Origin: the human T2T-CHM13v2.0 reference genome, Homo sapiens
DNA: 64,000 nucleotides
Direction: 5' to 3' (one strand)
Assembly (NCBI RefSeq): GCF_009914755.1
Contig: NC_060928.1
Positions 58,320 through 64,000 of this stretch are shown here, one piece after another. Made by a program: the position numbers and the translations under genes. The stretch's first letter is position 1; each line of letters starts with the position of its first letter. The notes beneath the pieces were generated by a model, which had not been told where the DNA came from, ran no database searches, and saw nothing but the letters and a program-made list of their open reading frames with translations.

Positions 58320-58720
58320 AGGAGCCTGGCAGTGACCATTTCATTTTTCTAAAGAAATCAAAATGCCACACAGGTCTCCAGCTGTTTCTCACATCTGCTT
58401 CTTTCTCAATCGCTTTTTGTTGCTTTTCCCTACACACTTGCATACTATTGTCCAAAATAGTCACATACTTTGCTGTTTCACTTCATTCATTGAGGTTTTT
58501 GCTTAAAAAATGTCAACTTCCCAGAGAAGTTTTTGTTGATTACCTTATTCATGGTAGCAACCCCAATTCACTCTTTCCTTCCTCAATCCAGTAATTTTTC
58601 TTCAAGGATTTGCTATTACTACACATTTTTATATACATGCACAGACATGCATATTCCTGTGTGTATAAAGTTATTGCCTGTAATTCACACTAGAATGTAT
58701 GCTCCAGAGTGCCAGAAAGT
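58320..58720 (+). mobile_element. L2 fragment
   Basis: 'aaatgtcaacttcccagagaagttttt', 'cactagaatgtatgctcca'. Confidence 0.5.
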
Positions 58721-58762
58721 CTCAGATGAAAGAGAAGAAATTGAGCAGGTATATTAGTAAAT

Positions 58763-58800
58763 ACACACACACACACACACACATGCATGCACGCACGTGC
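58763..58800. repeat. (CA)n microsatellite
   Basis: Directly visible. Confidence 0.9.
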
Positions 58801-59134
58801 AATAGCATAATGAAATCATTTTCCAGTGTAGAGTCATTGATACATTCTAACAGCAGCAGCCATCTTAACCAAAAAGGTAATTAGGATTACTAGACAAAAC
58901 ATAGCTGTATAAGCAGCTTGGGAAAGATGTCAGCTACACTACAGGTCACAGCTATGCTAATTCCATAAATAACTTGGCAGGCCAGTCAGAATTGTTTTCT
59001 ATCATAGAAAGAGGTTCTCAATGAGTAGAAAGTTATTAATACTTTGTAGTTAAAGAACTGTGCAAAATTGTCATTGATTCTTAAACTTTTATGGGAAAAA
59101 GTCACAAAGAGATGGTTAAATACTGAAGAAAGTA

Positions 59135-59312
59135 TTTTTTAATTTTTTAAAAATGACATAATAATTGTACATATTTAGGAGGTTCATGGTGATGGTGTGA
59201 TACATATAGTTCATGGTGATCAGATCAGGGTCATTAACATATCATCCTTTCAATTATTTATCATGACTTTGTGATGGGAACATTTGATATCTACCTTCTA
59301 GCTATTTGAAAC
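59135..59312 (-). mobile_element. L1MA-like 3' end
   Basis: 'gacatataattgtacatattt...gatcagatcagggt...cttctagctatttgaaa'. Confidence 0.8.
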
Positions 59313-59478
59313 TGACGTGGTTTGGCTCTGTGTCCCCATCCAAATCTCATCCTGTAGCTTTCATAATTCCCATGTGTTGTGTGAGGGGCCTGGTGGGAGA
59401 TGATTGCATCATGGAGTTGGGTCTTTTCCATGTTGTTCTCATGATAGTGAGTGGATCTCACGAGATCTGATGGATTTT
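59313..59478 (+). mobile_element. THE1 LTR, 5' portion only
   Basis: 'tgacgtggtttggctctgtgtccccatccaaatctcat...gttctcatgatagtgagt...tctcacgagatctgatgg'. Confidence 0.88.
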
Positions 59479-60002
59479 AGGAGATTTTAGGGGAATTGGC
59501 TTATGCCATTATAGAGGCTGAGAAGTTTCAGGATAAACTATATGCCAGCTGGAGAATCAGGGAGGCCTGTAGTGTGGCTTATTCTAATCTGTGTGCTCAG
59601 AACCAGAAAAGCCAATGGTGTAACTCTTAGTCTGAGTCTGATGGCCTGAGAACCCTGCGGCTGGGGGAGAGATGGGAGCATGTTGGGGGACACTAGTGTG
59701 CCCTGATTTCAAAGACCAATGAACCTGAAGTTCTAATATCTGAGGGCAGAAGAAGAAGGATGCCCCATATCCAGGAGGGAGAGGTAATTCAACTTTCTTC
59801 TGCCTGTTTGGTCTGTTTTGAGCCTTCAGCCAATTGGATGAGGCCTACCAACTCTGAGAATGGATCTTCTTTACTCATTAAACAATTCAGATGCCAATCT
59901 CTACTGAAAAAAACTCTCACAGATATACCCAGAAACAGTGCTTTCCCAGCTATTTGTATATCCCTTAATCTGGTCACATTGACAATTAAAATTAACCATC
60001 TC
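59479..60002 (-). mobile_element. MLT2B-like LTR (ERVL)
   Basis: 'ggaattggcttatgccattatagaggctgagaagt', 'ccttcagccaattggatgaggcc', 'ttgacaattaaaattaaccatc'. Confidence 0.85.
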
Positions 60003-60464
60003 AGTATAAGAAATGCTAACAATGAGGCATGCTATAATAAATAACACTTTTATAAGGCACTTTCAGATTTTTAAATTGCTTTAAGTAATTCAGTCTAATA
60101 GTAGTGATTCAAAAGTAATAATTATATTTAAATTTTATCTATTCTAAAATCTGTTTAAATTTTATAACACAGCTTGTAGCACAAAGTATGTAATGTTAAT
60201 ATATATTATTCTACTCATATTTGCATGGTACAAATAAATAGAACTCTGACACACACAAAAATACCATTTAAATCAGTCCTTACATTTTGGAATTCACATC
60301 TGTGTACTCTTCCTCAATCTTCCATAAACACCATAAAATATGAATTTGCTTTCGAGCCCTCATTATCTTCAAATAGACCTGAGCGAAGTCTGAACAAATT
60401 CTGTCCGATAATAAGTGTATTAAATCATTGTGAGAGAATAGACCTACTTTGAATCAGGTTGTTT

Positions 60465-61115
60465 CATTTTTCTTGTTCAGTTCTAGTTTTCTACATATTT
60501 TGGATATAAATTCCTTTTAGGATATATGGTTTGCAAATAAGTTTTTTATTATATGGGTTGCCTTTGTACTCTATTGATACTGTTTTCTGATGCACAATTT
60601 TTAAAATTTTTATGAAGTCCAATTTGTCTATTTGTTCTTTTGTTGCCTGTGCCTTTGATGTCATATCCAAGACATCATTGCCAAATCCAATGTCACGAAG
60701 CTTTTGCCATATGTTTTCTTCTAAGTTTTTTATTGTTTTAGGTTGTCCAATAATTCTATGATCTATTGTGAGTTAATTTTTGTATAGGCTGTTAGGTAAG
60801 ATTCTGACTTAATTCTTTGCGTGCAGATAATCAGTTTTTCTAGCACCATTTGTTGAAAAGACTGTCCTTTCTCTTTTGAAAGATCTTAGAACCCTTGCCA
60901 AAAATAATTTTACCATATACGTGGAGATCTGTTTCTGGGCTTTATATTCTACTTTGTCTTCTATATGTCTGTCTTTATGCCACTACCAAACTGTTTTGAT
61001 TACTATAGCTTTATAGTAAGTTTTAAAATAAGCAAGTAAGTCCTTCAACTTTGATCTTTTTCAAGATTGTTTTAGCTATTTTAGGTCTATTGAGATTCCA
61101 TATGAATTTTATAAG
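60465..61115 (-). mobile_element. L1MB-like ORF2 fragment
   Basis: 'gaagtccaatttgtctatt...gcctttgatgtcatatccaag', 'agcaccatttgttgaaaagactgtccttt'. Confidence 0.88.
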
Positions 61116-62169
61116 ATAATTTCAACTTTTATTTTAGCTTTAGGGGGCACCTGTGCCAGTTTGTTACCTGGGTACATTGCATCATGCTGAAGTTTTTGAG
61201 ATACAATAGATCCTATCATCCAGGTTGTGAGTATAGTGCTCAGTAGTTTTCCACCCCTTGACACCCTCTTTCCCTCTTTCTCCTAGTAGTCTGCAGTGTC
61301 TATTTTTGCCATCTTTGTGTTCATGAGTAACCCCAATGTTTAAAACCTACTTATAAGTGAGAAGATGCAGTATTTGGTTTTCTGTTCCTGCATTAATTTG
61401 CTTAGGATAATGGCTCCAGTCCTGGGAGCATTTTGGCGGAGTCTTTAGGGTTTATTAGGTATAGTATTATATCATCCACAAAGATGGTTTGAACTCTTTT
61501 CCTATTTGAATGTTTTCTATTTCTTGTTATCTGATGGTTGTAGCTAGCAGTTCCATCACTATGTTGAATAGGACTAGTGAGAGTGGGCATTCTTTATTGT
61601 TCCAAGTCTCAAGGGGAATGCTTCTAGTTTTTGCCTGTACAGTATGATGTTGTCTGTGACTTTGTCATAGCTGGTTCTTATTATTTTGAGCCATATTGCT
61701 TCTATGCCTACTTTTTTGAGGATTTTTATGATAAATCCATGTTGGATTTATCAAAACATTTTTCATCTACTGAAATGTCATATGGTTTTTGTTTTTAATT
61801 ATGTTTGTGTAGTGAATCACATTTATTGATTTATGTATGTTGAAACAAACTTGCACCCCAGAAATAAAGCCTACTTGATGGTAAATTCAATTTTTGATGT
61901 GCCTTTTTATTCAATTTGCTAATCTTTTGTTGAGGAATTTTTGTGTCTATGTTCATTAGGGATGTTGGCCTGCAGTTTTCTTTTTTGTTGGGTCCTTGCC
62001 AGGTTTTAGTATCAATGCAATGCTGACTTTACAGAATGAGTTATGGAGGATTCCCTTCTCCTCAATTTTTCGGAATAGTTTCAGTAGAATTGGTACCAGC
62101 TCTTCTTTCTATGTTTAGTAGAATTCAGCCATGACTTTATCTTATCTGGGGCTTTTTGTGGTTGGTAGG

Positions 62170-62547
62170 TGTATTTACCCGTTCTCACGCTGCTTATAAA
62201 TACATGCTTGAGACTGGGTAATTTATAAAGGAAAGAGGTTTAATTGACTCACATAGTTCTGCGTGGCTGGGGGGCAGGCTCAGAAAAGTTAGGATCATGG
62301 CAGAAGGTGAGAGAGAAGAAAGATACCTTCTTCACAAAGTGGCAGGAAGGAGAAGTGCTGAGAGAAGGGGGAAGATACCCTTATAAAACCATCAGATTTC
62401 ATTAGAACTCACTCACTATCACGATAACAGCATGGGGAACCTGCCCCCATGATTCAATTACCTCTCCCTGGTCTCTCTCTTGACACGTGGGACTTATAGG
62501 GATTGTAACTCAAGATTTGGGTGGGGACACAAAGCCTAACCATATTA
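62170..62547 (-). mobile_element. THE1 (C/D-like) solo LTR
   Basis: 'tgtatttacccgttctcacgctgct...gagactgggtaatttataaaggaaagaggtttaattgactcac...gggacacaaagcctaaccatatta'. 5-bp TSD gtagg / gtaag. Confidence 0.92.
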
Positions 62548-63381
62548 GTAAGCTTTTTATTACTGACTTAATGTTGAAACTCACTGTTGGTCTATTCAGA
62601 GTGTCCACGTTTTCCTGATTTAATCTTGGGAGATTGTGTATTTTCAAGAATTTATTCATTTCCTCTAGATTTTCTAGTTTGCGTGTACAGGGGTGTTCAT
62701 AATAGTCTGTAAGGATCTTTTATAAATCTGTAGAAATGGTTGTAATATTGCCCTTTTTGTTTCTAATTGTCTTATTTGGATCTTCTCTCTTTTCGTTTCT
62801 GTAGCTAGTGGTATATTGCTCCTGTTTGTGTTTTCAAAGAACAAACTTTTAATTTCATTGATCCTTTGTATGTATTTTTGGATCCCAATTTCAGGCAATT
62901 CTGCTCTGATTTTACTGCTTTCTTTTTCTCTGCTAGCTTTGGGGTTAGTTTTTAGTTCCTCTAAGTATAATGTTAGATTGTTAATTTGAAATCTTTCTAT
63001 CTTCTTGATGTAGATGTTTAATGCTATAAACTTTTCTCTTATCACGTCTTTTGCTGCATTTCAGAGATTTTGGTTGATTGTGTCTCTGTTTTCATTTATT
63101 TCAAAGATTATTTTTAATTCCAGACTTAATTTGATTGTCTGCCCAAAAGTCATTCATGAGCCAGTTGTTTAATTTACATGTAATTGTGTGGCTTGAGAGA
63201 TTTTGGTTTTGATTTCTATTTTTATTCCACTGTAGTACAAGAATATGGTTGGTATAATTTTAATTTATTGAAACTTACTTTATGGCTGAGCAAGTGGTCC
63301 ATCTTGAAATATATTCCATGTGCAGATGAGAAGAATGTACATTCTGTGTTTGTTGGGTAGTATTCTGTAGATGCTCATTAG

Positions 63382-63705
<324 letters not shown>

Positions 63706-64000
63706 AAGTGTCAAATTTAATCCAGAATTTCTTTTATTAGTTTTCTACCTCAATGACCTGTCTAATTGTGTCGTGGAATATTGAAGTCTTCCACTATCAC
63801 TCTGTGGCTATCTAAATCTTTGCATAGGTCTAGAAGTACTTGTTTCATGAATCTGGGTGCTCCAATGTTTTGTGTGTATATATTTAGGCCCATTAAGTCT
63901 TTTTGTTGAATTGAAATTTTTATCATTATGCAATGCCCTTCTTTGTATTTTTTAAAACTGTTGTTGGTTTAAAGTCTGTTTTATCTGTCTTATTCTGACA

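Overview
This is AT-rich primate genomic DNA, very probably human because it carries an AluYb8 element, a human-specific subfamily. Roughly half of it is recognisable interspersed repeats: L1 of several ages, about 11 Alus, MaLR/ERV LTRs (MLT1, MST, THE1, MLT2, MER52), L2, MIR and DNA transposons (Charlie1-like, MER1A, MER5, MER44). I recognise no protein-coding gene, RNA gene or CpG island; the supplied ORFs are repeat-derived or chance. I found no convincing new biological system. The most informative signals are retrotransposition and rearrangement scars readable directly in the sequence: two probable L1 3' transductions bounded by target-site duplications (TSDs), one of which used an MST LTR poly(A) signal; an Alu with a twin-priming-type 5' inversion; a 35-bp micro-L1 with a perfect 14-bp TSD; a 128-bp local duplication; and a rearranged MER1A end. 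Several splice-site-bounded candidate non-coding exons and two hairpins that pair a 5' splice site with its own complement are speculative. Subfamily calls and many boundaries are by eye from recalled consensus sequences, not from RepeatMasker.
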